NCBI GenBank assembly: GCA_028534125.1
Contig: CM052817.1
Span: 96,784,001-96,848,000, forward strand
DNA length: 64,000 nt
Direction of reading: 5' to 3'
From: Lama glama
Taxonomy: Eukaryota
How positions within the stretch are numbered: position 1 is the stretch's first letter; every line of letters starts with the position of its first letter. Below, piece after piece: positions 11,938-25,523 of this stretch. The notes beneath the pieces are model-generated. The model saw nothing but the letters and a program-made list of their open reading frames with translations. It was not told where the DNA came from and ran no database searches. The translations under genes and the position numbers were made by a program.

Positions 11938-14180
11938 ATTTATCTTTTCACTCAACACAGATGTAGCAAACACCCACCATATTACACCATGCTCGTTGCT
12001 GGGAACATGAAACCAGATGTATAAATAAACACATGCACTGAAATGCTTGGTGGTGACTCAGTAGCCGTCAGCACAGGGGACAGGAATGGCACAGAGAAAA
12101 CAGTAGTCAAAATTCTTTAAACTTCAGCTGGTGACACCAGTAAACACAGAGCAAGGACTCTTACTTCAACAATCCTTATCATTTCAGTGAGTATAATCAT
12201 GTTACTGCTCGAGAATGGCGTTACAATAAGCAATATAGTGTTGTCTCTATATTGGGAGCTTTTTTTAAGTCTGTAAATACATGTTATTCTCCATCCAAAA
12301 ATAAGCCTATCCAGGAAATTTTAAATCATTTCAGTAATGAAACAAATGGGAGATTAAGTCCAGCAGATAGCCAAGACAAATGTGAATCTTTTACTAGCCT
12401 ATTAACTCTACTGTTATTTTTAATAGTATTATTAGTCCACAATATAGTATTAAACACTGTGCGTGTGTGGAGTGAAGAAAATGCACTGTCAGCCTTCCCA
12501 GACCTCTCCAAGCCTGAATCTGAATCTACAATTCTTTTTGTTTGTAACATAACCTAGCACGGTACTGCATTTACTGATTTTTCTCCATACTTCAAACAAG
12601 CAAAGTTAAATCAAGGCACGAGCCCACCATATGCAGTCGATTGTTTCTGAAATTCCAGTTGGGCCTTCCCATTGTAAAACCCTAGTGGTTTGGTTTGGTT
12701 TGGTTTTTAAAATAATCCTACATTGGAGAAGCTGCTGTCACACTCTCCTCTAAGTAGTAACAAAGACAAACCAGTGTCTATATTTGGTCAGCACTGACAC
12801 TCCGACTTTTTGGTTTCTAAAACTGAGAGGAGATGGGCCACAGCTCTTAGAATCAGGGAATAATCAAGAACTGGAAATTAGACTGTAACTGCAAAGCCAG
12901 GCTTTCCCCATGAAGCATGCTGGCATAGTTCACTTAACTTGATGAAGCCAAAGTCTTTATATTTCATGGGTTTCCCAAGCTTTTAGCATCTATATTATTC
13001 AGTAGATTCTGTGGTTCTTCCTGAGAGGTAATAAATCAGGAATAGCAATGCCAAACCTAGATATAATCAGAGGAGTCATGGAATCTTCCCAGGGGAACAT
13101 AGAGAATTCCACAGATTTTTTCCTTTTGGCTCCTAAACCACAGCCCCTCTACCTAATTTGTGTACGTGGAATTGATCATCTTTTATTTGAATTGGATTCC
13201 ATGACAGTGGATACCATTGTGCTTCTGGTGTAGTGTGACAGAGATGTGTTCCAGTTGGGAGAGAGTAACAGACTTGCTCAGACTGCGTAATATCACACGA
13301 TCAGCCAAATCGCGGGCCCCAGGCACTATGGACACAGCCTGACTCACTCCATTAACACGCAGGTTTTACAGAATTAAGCCATTTCCCCATAACCTATAGC
13401 TCGCTATTTCCCTCAGAGTGTGATCCCTGGGATTAACTACAGTTAAGTTCTTGTGTTTTTTTAAATATTCTGAAATGAGAAAATCTACTAAATGTGATCA
13501 GATAAAGGGAACCTTTGTGCCCTTTTAGGCTTTTCAGGGCAAACATTTGTGCATGACAAAAATTTGAACTCCTGGGTCCAGTCTGTTTTCTATTTTATGA
13601 AACCTGATGGGGTTAGGCTTAGATCACCGTCTCTCAGTCAAGACCCTGTTGGGAGGGATGGAATTCTGCTGACCAGCCTACGGCCATAAAGGGCCATCAC
13701 TTGGAGGGGCAGTCGGGAAGGGAGTGGAGGGTCGGGGAAGGGGGTGACTTTCCAAAGGAAAACCCCTGAGACCCTAGAAAAGGGGAATGGGAAGAGCTGC
13801 ACCAATTCCTTCTCCATCTTTAAGGCTATTGTCCATGAATCCTGCTCCTCCTCATTTTCTGCTGCCTTTTCACATTTTTAGCTCAGTTGGTACCTCGATT
13901 TTTATTATTTTCTTTTTTTTCATATTTTAGTATATTTCTTTATATATTTGCTATTTTAAAAGATACAATCACAGATACGCTCATAAGCCATTATTTTCTT
14001 TGAACATAATTTTTGCCCTTCAAATTATAAAAATAATATATAGAATATATCTATATGTTTAAAGCCCTTGCAAAACAAAACAATAATTAATGAATGATCC
14101 ATGGATGCAAGGGGAGAAGATCCCTACACGTGGAGCATTTTATTAACATAAAATGTCTTACACTTAAACATCTTACATTT

Positions 14181-14323
14181 GGGGGAGGGTAGAGCTCAGT
14201 GGTAGAGTGCATGCTTAGCATGCACAAGGGCCTTGGGTTCAATCCCCAGAACCTCCATTAAAACAAACAAACAAACCTAATTACCTTCCCCACAAATTTT
14301 AAAACAATACAAAACAAAACAAA
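14181..14323 (+). mobile_element. Full-length tRNA-derived SINE (Vic-1-like)
   Basis: ggggagggtagagctcagtggtagagtgcatgcttagcatgcacaag...gggttcaatcccc with an A-rich tail. TSD atcttacattt at 14170-14180 and 14324-14334. Confidence 0.9.
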
Positions 14324-14929
14324 ATCTTACATTTAATTTATCCAGTCCTTTGCTATGACAAAGAAGCTACACTGGACATCTTTGTACGAGTCCCCATGGA
14401 ACCTTGTGTGATTTCTCTAGGAATATTAAACAGGGGTAGAATTGCTGCTAAATCACAGGGTTTTGCATAGTTAATATCCCTGCGTCCTGCCAGACTGTCT
14501 CCAGAATGGCCCTTCTACTCCCTCATTTCCTCTGGGGTTTCCTCTGGGGACTGAAACTTAACAAAGCACTGACCCCCGAATCCTTGGCTCAAGATCGGCT
14601 TCTGGAAGAACCTGGCCAAAGGCAGCCCACCTTTCTATCTCACTGCTGAGCAGAAATGGCAAATTGCAGGTACTGTACACTGTATGAATGAACTCTTCAG
14701 GTAGGTCAGCTCCCAGCGACAGGGGTTCAGGGAAGACTGACTTCTAGCTGGAGTCGGAGGGGTCACATCCACACTCAAGGCGAGTTATAGATGCCAATGG
14801 GAAACGTTACTGTGTGACTTCCCTACAATTAACATGTGTTGCTCTGTAAACACCATATATATAGAAAGAGAGAAAAGCTGTCTTTGATTTTTGGTGGTGG
14901 TAGTGTTACACTCTCCTCAGTTCATCCAT

Positions 14930-15450
14930 CGTATTAGTCAGGGTTCTTCAGAGAAACAGAACCAGTAGAATAGACACATATGCTATAGATAAGAGACTTA
15001 TTACAGGAACTGACTTGCATGATGATGGAGGCCTAGAAGTCCCAGTCTGCCATCCACAAGCTGGGGAACCAGGAAAGCCTGTTGTATAATTCAGTCCGAG
15101 CGCAAAGGCCCTAGAATCTGGGGCCTGATTGCATGAGTCCTGCTCGGAGTCTGAAGGCCTGAGGGTCAGGAGCTCCAGTGCTCCAGAGCAAGAGGAGCTG
15201 GATGTCTCTGCTGAAGCAGAGAGAACAAATTCACCCTTCCTCCATCTTTTCGTTCCATTCAAGCTCTCAGGGGATTGGGTAACATCCTCCCGCACTGGTG
15301 AGAGCAATCTTCTTTATTCAGTCTGCCAAAAGCTAATCTCTTTCAGAGACGCTTTCACAGACACACCAGAAATAACATTTTGCCAACTCTCTGAGAGTCC
15401 CTTAGCTCGGTTAAGTAAAAATAAAATTAACACATAAAATTAATCATCAT
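14930..15450 (-). mobile_element. MLT2-type solo LTR
   Basis: gtattagtcagggttcttcagagaaacagaacc...acataaaattaatcatca. Confidence 0.85.
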
Positions 15451-16590
15451 GGTTATATAATAAATACCCGAGATAAATCAAAATCATTTTACTACATGTT
15501 TTCTTATAGAATCTACCAGGGGAGAAATAAATTTTCAACAAGCTGGAGATACATACAACCCACATAACTGCGCCTCAAAGCCTTTATTTCACAAACATTT
15601 CTTAATCTCATAGCTGTTCCACCTTAAAGAGTCTTTCTCAGTCTTTCAAATCCATCAGTCAGGATGCCTGGGGGAGAGTAAGCCTTTAAGCAGTCTGACA
15701 TGTTTACCTTCCCTTCCTCTGTGTCCATGGAGAATCTATAAAGGGGTAGGCTGTTTTCTAATTCCTCCCCCGGCACTGAGTGCTTTATTTCCAAAGTTCA
15801 ACAGGCAAAAGAGAGCCTGAGTTCAATACTTCCTCCACGTTGACCCTCCTACCTCCTCTGCGGGTATTCAGCAATTGCACCATAAATTGCACGATCCTTT
15901 GTGCGTGGTTGGTTGGTACAGCCATACATTATTGGTGCCAGCATCCCAGAGTCTCCATTGATGAAAAAGTAGAAGGGTCATGGGAACTTAATATTCTGCT
16001 GAACCACGAGTTGTTTCAGGCAAAATAATGGTGCAAGTTCTGACCACGCCTGGGATCACTCATCATTCCTCCGGGCTGTCCCAACACTCCAGGGAACACT
16101 GTGTGGTTACACTCAAGAACTCTCATCTAAAATGTATGCTGTATGACGTATGATTTTACAAGCGCTTGCCTCTGTTGACTACTCAGTATGCAACAAGTAA
16201 AAGGTTGTCATTCTGATTTCAGTTTAAATGTCACTTCCTCAGAGAGACTTTCCTGACCGCACAATGTAAATTAGTTACCCACTCACTCTATAGTTTTGTT
16301 TTGTTTTAATTCTCTGCACAGCACAGATCACGAAAAGATATTTTTCCTGCTCATTTAAGTTTGTCTATTGTCTGCTCCCTCTTACTAGATAAAGGACCCA
16401 GCCTACCTTGTTTGTTGTAATGTCCCCAGTGCCCGGAATAATTCTGGGTGGCACTATAGTAAGCCCCCAGTATTTTATGTTAAGTGAATTAAATCAAGGT
16501 GAAATAATAAAAAATGGCTAGGAGGCCACCTTGAGGCTACTTTTACTATAGGACGCTCAGAGAAGGCCTTTCTGGGGAGACAAGGTTTGA

Positions 16591-16720
16591 CTTTATTTAT
16601 TTATTATTATTTGGGGGTTATTTATTCATTTTATTTTTAGAGGAGGTACTAGGGATCAAACCCGGGACCTTGTGCATGCTAAGCATGCACTCTACCACTC
16701 GAGCTATACCCTTCCCACCA
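16591..16720 (-). mobile_element. tRNA-derived SINE (Vic-1-like)
   Basis: ggaccttgtgcatgctaagcatgcactctaccactcgagctataccct. TSD tggggagacaa at 16573-16583 and 16721-16731. Confidence 0.88.
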
Positions 16721-16799
16721 TGGGGAGACAATTTTTGAGTTGAATCCTATCTAATGACAATTAGATAAGAGTATGGGGTTTTGATTATTATCCGGGCCT

Positions 16800-17940
16800 G
16801 CACATTTTTATTATTGATATGAGATTGTTCTTGTTGGGGGAAAAGGGCTTTATGTCTATCAAAGAGTGACTAAAAACAAAACTATGGACTTGGCCCAAGA
16901 CTTCAACAGAACAGGTTATAGGACTAACCCTAAAGAGTGGACTTAAAAGAGGTAATGAGAGAAATCATTCTCGGTGCCTCTGAGAACATTCTCCTTTTCA
17001 GTACTTGATTGTTTTTATCCCTGAATACCTGAAACAAAAGTCCACAGTGGAAGACATGGTGAGAGAAGCACTCACCAGAGTGGGGAGAACATATGCTCTT
17101 CTACTGAGCAGTGGGAAAGCCTGGGGGGTGGGGGGTGCAGTATGCATGTCCCACCTCGGTTCTTTAGGGGTTCAGTGCTCCGAGCCCACACTCCTAAGAT
17201 TTAGACAGTTGAGGGGTTGACTATGAAGACAGAAATCTGGCAAAGGGAGACAAGATGGAAGCATCAGACTGGTGAATTGTGCCCTATGTGGTAAAGGGCC
17301 CTTATGCATTGCAGTTCCTATTGGGAACACACGAGCAGACCACCTCACAGGGTGTCTGAGGACCGAGACCAACACAGTGGCTGCAGCTAAGGACAAATAA
17401 GCAGGAACTACTTGAGAGGACTGTACTGACTATCCTCAAGTCTCCCATACTTTTTCATGTAGCATAGAAAGAATATAGAAGTGCCCGCTTGCTCCCAGAG
17501 AAGGTCATGGAAGCTAGCCAAGAGCCAAGACCAGAGCTTGCCCTAGGGTCACTAGGGAGCTGAGATGACACTAGGTTAAACAGGGCAGGCCAGACAGCCA
17601 GTGGGGGACAAACCTTTCAGCAGTGGGTACAGCGAGGACAGAAGTCACCCACTGCAGAGGTAAGTATATATCTCAACTGGTGATCAACAGGAAAACAGTG
17701 AGAATGACGTCACTTAGGCGGGGAGCCCTGCCCCAGAGCTATAAATAAGCTCCCCCTCATACCCAGACAGCATCTTGGGCATAAGGAGAAGGAAGGGAAA
17801 CTCCTCAGGAGAGAAAGAACTCTGGGGGGGGTTGAATTTTAAATTGCTTGAATATGGTATACAGGCACACCCATAAAAATGAAACTATTAAATTGGAATA
17901 GGTTAAATTGCCTTCTAATCATAAGCTTTAAAAAATTATT
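16800..17940 (+). mobile_element. Probable ancient LTR-derived segment (family uncertain)
   Basis: Purine-rich, degenerate LTR-like composition. The family is not confidently recognised. Confidence 0.3.
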
Positions 17941-19359
17941 TTCAGCCATCACTAGGAATTTAAGTAGCTGCAGAGGAAGATGAAGTCAGGTGCAGAAAGA
18001 CAGAAGCCAAACTTGTCACATCATCACTTGAGATTGATTCCCCAGTTTGACCCTACTCTGTATACACAGCACAAGTGTCCACTTCTAACGTTCCAGTTTG
18101 AGATGCTCAAGCCATGCTTAGTTCAGCTCACAGACCTCCTCAACAGGTGCCCAAGGATTCCTTTGATCTTACAGTTGTTCGGGAGGCAGAGGTAGGGAAC
18201 AAATAAGACTGTAGCTTCCTCTATGCGCTACAGAGTCAAAGAGAGGAGACTCAGCTGAGTGTTGCTTCCACACCCACAGTGACTACATAATTTACTGGCA
18301 GGACCCTTGAGGCCGGCGACATGAAATTCCAATGAAGATCAGGACCATCAGTGGCAAAACCTTGAACTTCTCTGGCAGTGACCCCTCTCTCTGAGCCCAC
18401 TTCTCCCTTCCTCAGCCCCTCCCAATTAAACCTATGTCCTTCTTCTCCTGTTGTCACTACAAAGAAGTTCTAGTTTCTCTTTTTCTAACACAGGAGCTAT
18501 AAACGTCTAACAAGTAGAGCCATGATCATCCGTTAAACTTGGGTCTCCTAGAATCCGTTCCTTTTTTTTTTTTTTCCCAGAAGCAGGAAGAGATTTCTCT
18601 GGAAACATATTCTCAGCCTTCCCATTCCTGGAAGGGAAGAGAGGGCTTTGCTGTCCAGGCTGGAGAAGGTCACCCAAACGTTCACTATGACCTAAGAGAG
18701 TTTGGGAGACTCTGAAGAGATTGACTGAAGTAAAACAAGTCGGTTAACCAAAAAAGAGAAAAACAGAGGCTCCAACACAGGAGAGAGACAAAGAGACTTT
18801 CCAGACTAATAATGAAGAGACGCCCCAGGAAGACAGCTGAGCAGCGGCTGGCCAGGGCAACCAGCACAGACAGGAGCAGGAGGACAGAAAGCTCTGGAAG
18901 GCAGGTCCTGTCTCCAGAGGAAGAAGACAGAATTAGTAGATTATCTAATATGGTCTGAATTAGGACTTTGCTCTATTGGCATAATCACACAATATTGTCT
19001 TAAATATCTCTGAGAGTAGTTTAGAATTTTAAAAATTCTCTCCTCTTCCCTGAATTATCTGTTTTCTCCAGGATTGATTATTGTTTCAACTTCGGTCTTC
19101 CATTTCCCATTGTTTGCTTTCCTCGTGTGTCTATTCATATTTATCAATGATGGACGATATTAGTTAACATAGGAACCAAGACAGATTTTCTCTCTAGGTG
19201 TTTGAGTCCATTTCTTCAGTGGGCTCTCCCTTGAGATCTGACGACAGGTAAGTGGACAGAAGGGTGCTTCCAGGCAGCCGGTATGGGTGAGGGACCAAGA
19301 ACTCTTTCAAATATCAAATTACGAAGAACTTTTTCATGTATTTTACCCCTGCAAAACCA

Positions 19360-19540
19360 CCTTCCCTCTTCCCCCTCCCCCTCCCTCTCCTCCTTCCTCT
19401 CCTCCCCGCTCCTTCTTCCTCCTCTCCCTCCTCTTGCTCCTCCCTCTGTTCCCCCTCTTATCCCTCCTTCTCCTTCCCCTCCTCTCCCTCCTCTCTTTCC
19501 CCTCCCTTTCCCTCCTTCCTCCTCTTCTTCTTCATCCTTT
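19360..19540. repeat. Homopyrimidine (CCT/CTCC-rich) low-complexity tract
   Basis: About 180 nt of almost only C and T on the + strand. Confidence 0.95.
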
Positions 19541-19719
19541 TGTTTTGTTTTAGAAGCCGACAGTTACCCTAAATTCTGTGCTACTTTTTGTTCAGGTATG
19601 AGTACTCTGGGAGCCTCATGCAAGTCTACTGTTGACTAATAGCAGTTGCAACCGTGGGCCTAAGAGTAAGGCAACTACTCCCCTCAGCCCCAATCCAGGG
19701 TGTGGGGGAACAGCCCTAG

Positions 19720-19893
19720 CAGGACTCAGGATATAATTTGCAGGCCTTGGTGCAAAAGGAAAATACAGGGTCCCTTGTTTAAAAACCATTAAGAATTTCA
19801 AGACAAAGTGAGAGTATCAAACCAAGCTGAGGCCACCTGTAAGCACTGGCACCGTGCCACTGTGCAGGCCACGTGCCCATGGAGGCAGCCCTG
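19720..19893 (-). mobile_element. MER45A-like hAT MITE
   Basis: cagga...ataatttgcaggcc...gtgcaaaaggaaaat...aagaatttcaagac...gtgcccatggaggcagccctg matches the reverse of the MER45A consensus as I recall it. Confidence 0.75.
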
Positions 19894-21459
19894 ACTCCCC
19901 ATTAGGCATTTCACTGAGTTGTTTTTCCCAGTAAATATCCTTCAACTCTTTGCCATTACATTTTTGCTTTGTGTTGTTTTTCTGCTGTCGGGCTTTTTTC
20001 ACCAACACATCTCCTGCTTCGCATCAATCAGGGGTCCCCCAGATCTTCTGGTGTGCTGTGGGTGGTACCTTTCCTCACTTTCCAGTGATATTTTTTGTTT
20101 TATTCTTTTGTAAAGTGTATCTTCTATTATTTCGGACCTCTGAGAAGAGGACATAGATGTCCATTTGAACCCTAATCCAGTTTTTTTTAATGACAAATGA
20201 GTAATCAGAAGTATGTGGATGGTATACTGGTTTTAAAATCATCCAGTCCCCTAAAATTTGTTCATTTTAGTAGCAGTCACCAGAGCTTAAGTTAAACACT
20301 AAAATAATACATGTCTGGGGGCACTTGTGAACTTCCCCTTAAAAATTTCACGTTATTTCTTACATGAACTCATTTCAAAAACAATATTTGATATCAATTA
20401 AGTTGTCAGTCTTCAAAGTTGATGGAATTTCCCACTGTACAAACAAGCATCACTTTACCAGGAAAGTCAACTATTTTTAAGGTCCATTTTTCTTCAGCCA
20501 AAGGATGTGGTTTATATAGAGAGAGATAAATGAACACTAGAAATCTGAGGGGGAAAGGGAATTTTCTGATTTAGCTTATTATTTTTTGCTTTCTATCTGC
20601 ACATCTTCACAAACTCCATCCCCGTCAAAAGACAAAAGGTTTACCTGATACTTTATTACCTGGTAGAATCCTTAAGAGAAGAGACTTTCAATTGCTCCTC
20701 TAAATCTCTAAAATTTTTATTGAAATGATATTGAAGTGATTTTATTGAAATGATTTATCAGAAAGTGTTCAGAGTCCTAGAACTTCCTTGTACCTGAATG
20801 TATTATTTTTCCTGAGAATGTTCTTTTGTGAAGGGCAACTGCATTTCACTCAGTCACGTAGGCAGAAGTGGGCTTTTCTGATGAAACATGGCATGAGAAC
20901 TATTATTTCAAGTCACTCCTACTTTATGAATTTTGAAACAAACCATTGATTTCCCAAACTTTTTCTTGCAACTTACAGAAATGAGAATTGACAAGGAAAG
21001 TGACTCATAACAGTATCATATTTTTTTCTAGAAATAACACTGTTTTCAATGGGCAGAGCAAGAGCCTTAAGTGCAATCCACACTTTTTGATCCAACAATT
21101 GTAATTCTGGGAACCTACCTCAGAAATAATCTGAAAAGCAAGTTGTACCCTAATGATGTCAAATTTCCTTTTTTTCATAATAGCAAAAACTGAAACATCT
21201 TAAGAAGTGTCTGAATATCGCTTTCTTCTAAAACAGAGTCTGAGACACAGACTGGGGCAGGTAGTTTATTTGAAAGGTGGCTCTAGGAACCAGAATAAAG
21301 GAGACGGAAAATTAAGAGAGAGAAAAAAGAAAAGTCAACAAATGGTCTACTTTAAGCTCATTTCATCTGTAGGTGACTAGGGTCTTGTCCTGCTGGGGAC
21401 CCTCTGAAGAACCTGGTATTATGCATCTCAGAATTGGGGGACAGTGCCCCAAGTCCACT

Positions 21460-22460
21460 GGGTGTTGTCTCCAAGCTCTCATCTTATCTGAGCCTTTAAC
21501 AGGCTTTCTCAACATTTTATCACATCCAGTGATATGGTATATTGTAGTACTCATGGATCTTGCAGTCTTAAGCCCATGGACACCCGTCCTTTGCCCCCAT
21601 ATTGGGTCGCTTGGCCCAAGCCAATGTTATAAAGGATCCATGTCAGCAAATCAGGTACAGTAGGTCAGAGACACTAGTAATAGCAGGGGCACTGTGGACA
21701 GGGAGTGTAAATCCACATTCTGCTGAACAAAGCTTGATCTAGATAAATGATGAGCCTGATCCTGAGCTAAAATAGAGGCCACAGAGAAGCACTGAAGCAC
21801 GGAGGTGCCAGGCAAGTGTGTAAAGGCTTCCTGGGACTCAAAACCAGACCAGCCTCTCGCTGAAGGCAGCTAGGGTGCCTGACACCACACGGAGCAGGAG
21901 AACCACCCATCCCAGCTTGGCCCAAATTCCTGACCCACAGGATGATTTAAAAAACAATTAATCATTTTTGTTTGAGCCTCGAAGTTTGGGATGACTTACT
22001 AGCAGCAAGAAGCCAGGAGCTTCTGTTTTCATGCTCTCGAAACACTTTCTCTTAGAAGTCAGCCACCATGTAAAAAGCATGACTTATCTGAGACCATCAC
22101 ACTAGGAGGAGGTCAAGGGGCTTTGAGGAGGGGCTCCAAGGCTCCCTAGCCAACAGTCCTAGCTTAACCAGAATCAAGTCATGCAGAAGAATCCACAGTA
22201 TCAGAAGCAATTAAAAAACAAAACAAAAGAATCATTGCTGTTTTGAGCCCTTAAAGTTTGGTGTAGTTTGTTCCATTGCAAAGGATCATTGAAACATGCG
22301 ATCACTCCTCTCACGGGCCCATTGCTCATGTGCTGACAGAGGCTGGCTGACATCCACCAACTGCACCTCGTCCATCTTATTGCCAAGTAACTCTCCGTCA
22401 TAGGTGCTTCCTAGCAGACACTGTTATGAGCCCAAAGATTTTTTGTGCATGCTCATAGGT
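21460..22460 (-). mobile_element. Degenerate ERVL-class pol remnants (RNase H/integrase junction and integrase core), split by MaLR LTR fragments
   Basis: Minus strand 22384-22298 reads GNKMDEVQLVDVSQPLSAHEQWARERS, resembling the ERVL ...VDxSQPLS...QWAHEQS motif. 21720-21460 gives GFTLPV..., ...IHEYYNIPYH and ...LLKAQ with frameshifts, resembling the ERVL integrase core. Confidence 0.6.
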
Positions 22461-22499
22461 CCATCCACCTTCCTCTTTCCTCAAGTCTTTACCTCGAAT

Positions 22500-22706
22500 G
22501 GTGTTCTCCCTCTGTACGTGCTATGTGTCTGTGTCCAAATTTCCTTCTTCTTATCAGGATGTCAGTTATTAGATTAGAGCCCATTCTAATCCAGTAAGGC
22601 CTCATCTTAACTTGACCGCATCTGTAAAAACCTGTTTCCATATAAGGTAACACCCTGGAGTTCCTGGTGGACACGGATTTTGGGGGAACCCTATTCAACC
22701 CAGTAC
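22500..22706 (-). mobile_element. MLT1 (MaLR) LTR fragment
   Basis: gtgtccaaatttccttcttcttat...cctcatcttaacttg...gggaaccctattcaacccagtaca. Confidence 0.75.
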
Positions 22707-24064
22707 ATTCTCCAAAGACAAATAACTAACCAGATAGCCACACAGACGTGTGGCTTCAGGGGCCAACAGAGTAGCTATTACTACACATTTATGCTTTACA
22801 CCACTGGATAACTAGACAATTAAATTTCTCCCCTAGCATGTGCCAGAGCCAAAGGATAGTGGCAAACTGTGCCAAGAACATTCTCTAATCTCCTTTACCA
22901 CAGAACCCTTGGTTCAAATGAAGTTTTACTAGAAGCGTCAGACAATTATAATGGATAAAAGCTTTTCTGGTAGAAGCAGAGCCAGCAGGACCAGGGTCTC
23001 CCCATCCTGCTCTCAGAATATGAGGAAAGGAGCTTCACAATACATTACTGGAAATCTACTTTTCCACTTTTCTGTTTGATTCGGGAAGCAACTAATAAGT
23101 GCCACTAGCATAGAGTAAAATAGGTACATAAGGGTTAAGAGAAGAGGTAAAGGCAGGAATAAAGTGAATTTATGAAAGGCTTGGGGAGGGTGGTGGTTAT
23201 GGCCACCTTAAGCATTTTAGAGAGGGAAAGTCACAAAAGACCGAATGGTGGCCTCCTGATAACTAACCAAGGGAGACAGGAAAAGGGTGAAGGGGAAAGG
23301 AAGGACGGATCTCCCTCCTCGATGATTCAGGGTGGCAGCTAATGTTTTGATGGCCCTATGATGGACTCATACATGAAGCTCTAGATTTTCCTGGGTCGAG
23401 TTTGAGGCAACTGGCTACACAGTGCCGGCGAGTTTACACCAAATGACTTAGAGATCCTCTGTTTCCCAAATAAGTAGATAAACAGAAGACTCTAGTCTCC
23501 AGCCTCATTAATCTAATACCTTCTGTGAGCTCTCAGCCTGCACACAAGGCCAAATAAAAGCGTTCAATATAAATAAATCAATAATAATTTACATCTTTTG
23601 ATCTCTCCAAAGAGAAATGTTTATATGTGGTGAAAAAATAAATTAAATGACATTCAAAGGAAGAAACATCCCTCCCCACAAACAGACAGGACACTTAAAA
23701 AAAAAAGTGAGACACTAAGCCATTTAATGTGTCTTTAGAGTCTTTACCAAAGCAGGGAATTATCTGTCAAGATGCCAAGGCCTGTGAGTCCATCAGTTGG
23801 TTAAGTTTTTCGAAAGTCAAGCTCCCAAGAAAGCACTTTAACTTGTTGCCTTAAACAGTTGAATAGTTTAATCTATGAATTCTCATATCTTAGAACTAGC
23901 TGAGTCTGATATGGGGCAACTAGCTAGTTAGGAACAATTCTGATATCAAAATGTTGCTAAGTAGCATTACAAGGATTTCGTGAGACATGAACACAGGATA
24001 TTTTGTTCAGTGAGCACTGTGTCACCAGTTCCCTCTGTGTGGCTAGTTCTTCTCAGTGCAAGGG

Positions 24065-24428
24065 CCTTTCTTGCTCTGAGCTCCTATAACAAAATACCAG
24101 AGGATCGATGGCTTAATAAAAAATATTTCTTATGGTTCTGGAGCTGAGAAGTCTAAGATGAAGGTTCCAGCAGACTCCGTGTCCAGTGAGAAATGCTTCC
24201 TGCCACACAGAAGGCCACCTTCTTACTGTATACACACATAGTGGAGAGACAGGGGGCAGCCTTCCTCTTCTTGAAAACGCACTAATTCCATCATGGGGGC
24301 TCCAACCTCTAGACCTCATCTAATCCTAGTTATCTCCCAAAGGCTCAACCTCCAAATATCATCACATTGGGGGTTAGGGCTTCAACATACAAATTTTGGG
24401 GGAGTCACACAAACATTCAGATGATAGA
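24065..24428 (-). mobile_element. MLT1A-like (MaLR) solo LTR
   Basis: ctataacaaaatacca...ccaaatatcatcacattgggggttagggcttcaacatac...acaaacattcag. Confidence 0.85.
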
Positions 24429-25355
24429 TCTAATCTACGTGGAAGTCTAGTGATTAATATTCTTAAATGCATTTTTAAAATCCATATAATATGCTTCTAG
24501 GGAGAATACAAAAGCTACAACATGCATACCTGTGTATGGGTGCATACCTGCATATCCTCACCCACACATATGATAGTAAACATTACGTGGAGGTAGAATT
24601 CTGGTTTAGAAATCAACTCAGTGCCACCAAAAATATATATATAATATGTAGAATTATAAGAACACGGATTATGTTAAAATACATTTATCAGAATATTTTT
24701 AAAAAACAAACTTACGATAAGGCAGCATAGGTCTTCTGTATTAACACAGTAAATAATAAGATCTAGCAGCAAGTCAAATAACTATCATAATTTTAAAGGA
24801 GGGATGAGCATAGGTGATATTTTGAGAGAACTATCAATAATTACAATATGATGTGAAAACATCCATGATTTCTGTTGATCACAAACTCATAGGGTCTGCT
24901 AACTACTGTGCTGTGTTGCCTGTATTCATAGTTGAAAGAAATGCTAATTGTCCAGTTGGAAGTGAGTGAATATAAAATTGCAGTTTTTTTTTTCCCATTC
25001 ACGTACTCAGCCCCCCAGATTCGGAACCCCTCCCCATGTTTCTCCTTGATTTCAAAAGTTCTCCTCCCCTCAGTGCTCACAAGGGGCAACAGGCCTGGAT
25101 GAAGAAACACACCTTCAAGAAACCCCTCCTCTTACAGCTTCTGCTCACGCCTGTTCAAACGGAGGATGTTCATATACATCCCCCCTCTGACACCATGTCA
25201 GGGGCCACCATCCCTGGGGCACAGGGAAGAGGGCTGCTGTCACCAGTATCAGACACTCAAAGCACCAGAGAGGAAATGGAGTGTAGAAATTCTCTAATCT
25301 CTACTGGAAAAGCATAAAGCAGGCAGAAAGGCAGTGGGTGGGGTGCTTCACAGGC

Positions 25356-25523
25356 CACTGTGCAACTGACCAACAAGAGCAAACTCCCAAGTGAGTCAGG
25401 CACCCTAGGGTTTTCCATGTGCTCTGTCCAGGAGTCAAACACTGTGCAACTGACCAACAAGAGCAAACTCCCAAGTGAGTCAGGCACCCTAGGGTTTTCC
25501 ATGTGCTCTGTCCAGGAGTCAAA
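25356..25523. repeat. Perfect 84-bp tandem duplication (25356-25439 and 25440-25523)
   Basis: Both units are identical base for base. The ORF track shows the duplicated peptides. Confidence 0.98.

Noticed and set aside
13706..13744. G-run cluster (possible G-quadruplex)
   Set aside because: Such motifs are common. It probably lies within a decayed LTR and has no other supporting signal.
14181..14256. tRNA-like sequence with A and B boxes
   Set aside because: It is a SINE head with an A-rich tail, a TSD and several diverged copies in the window, not a tRNA gene.
19283..19639. Pro/Ser/Leu-rich ORFs
   Set aside because: They are translations of the polypyrimidine tract.
20461..20483. Near-identical 20-mer (aagtcaactatttt..aaggt) also at about 51703-51724
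   Set aside because: It is short and AT-rich with no extended flanking similarity, which is compatible with chance in 64 kb.
25356..25523. Direct repeat as a CRISPR-like array or coding repeat
   Set aside because: This is eukaryotic DNA with two abutting units and no spacers. The overlapping ORFs lack splice or homology support.
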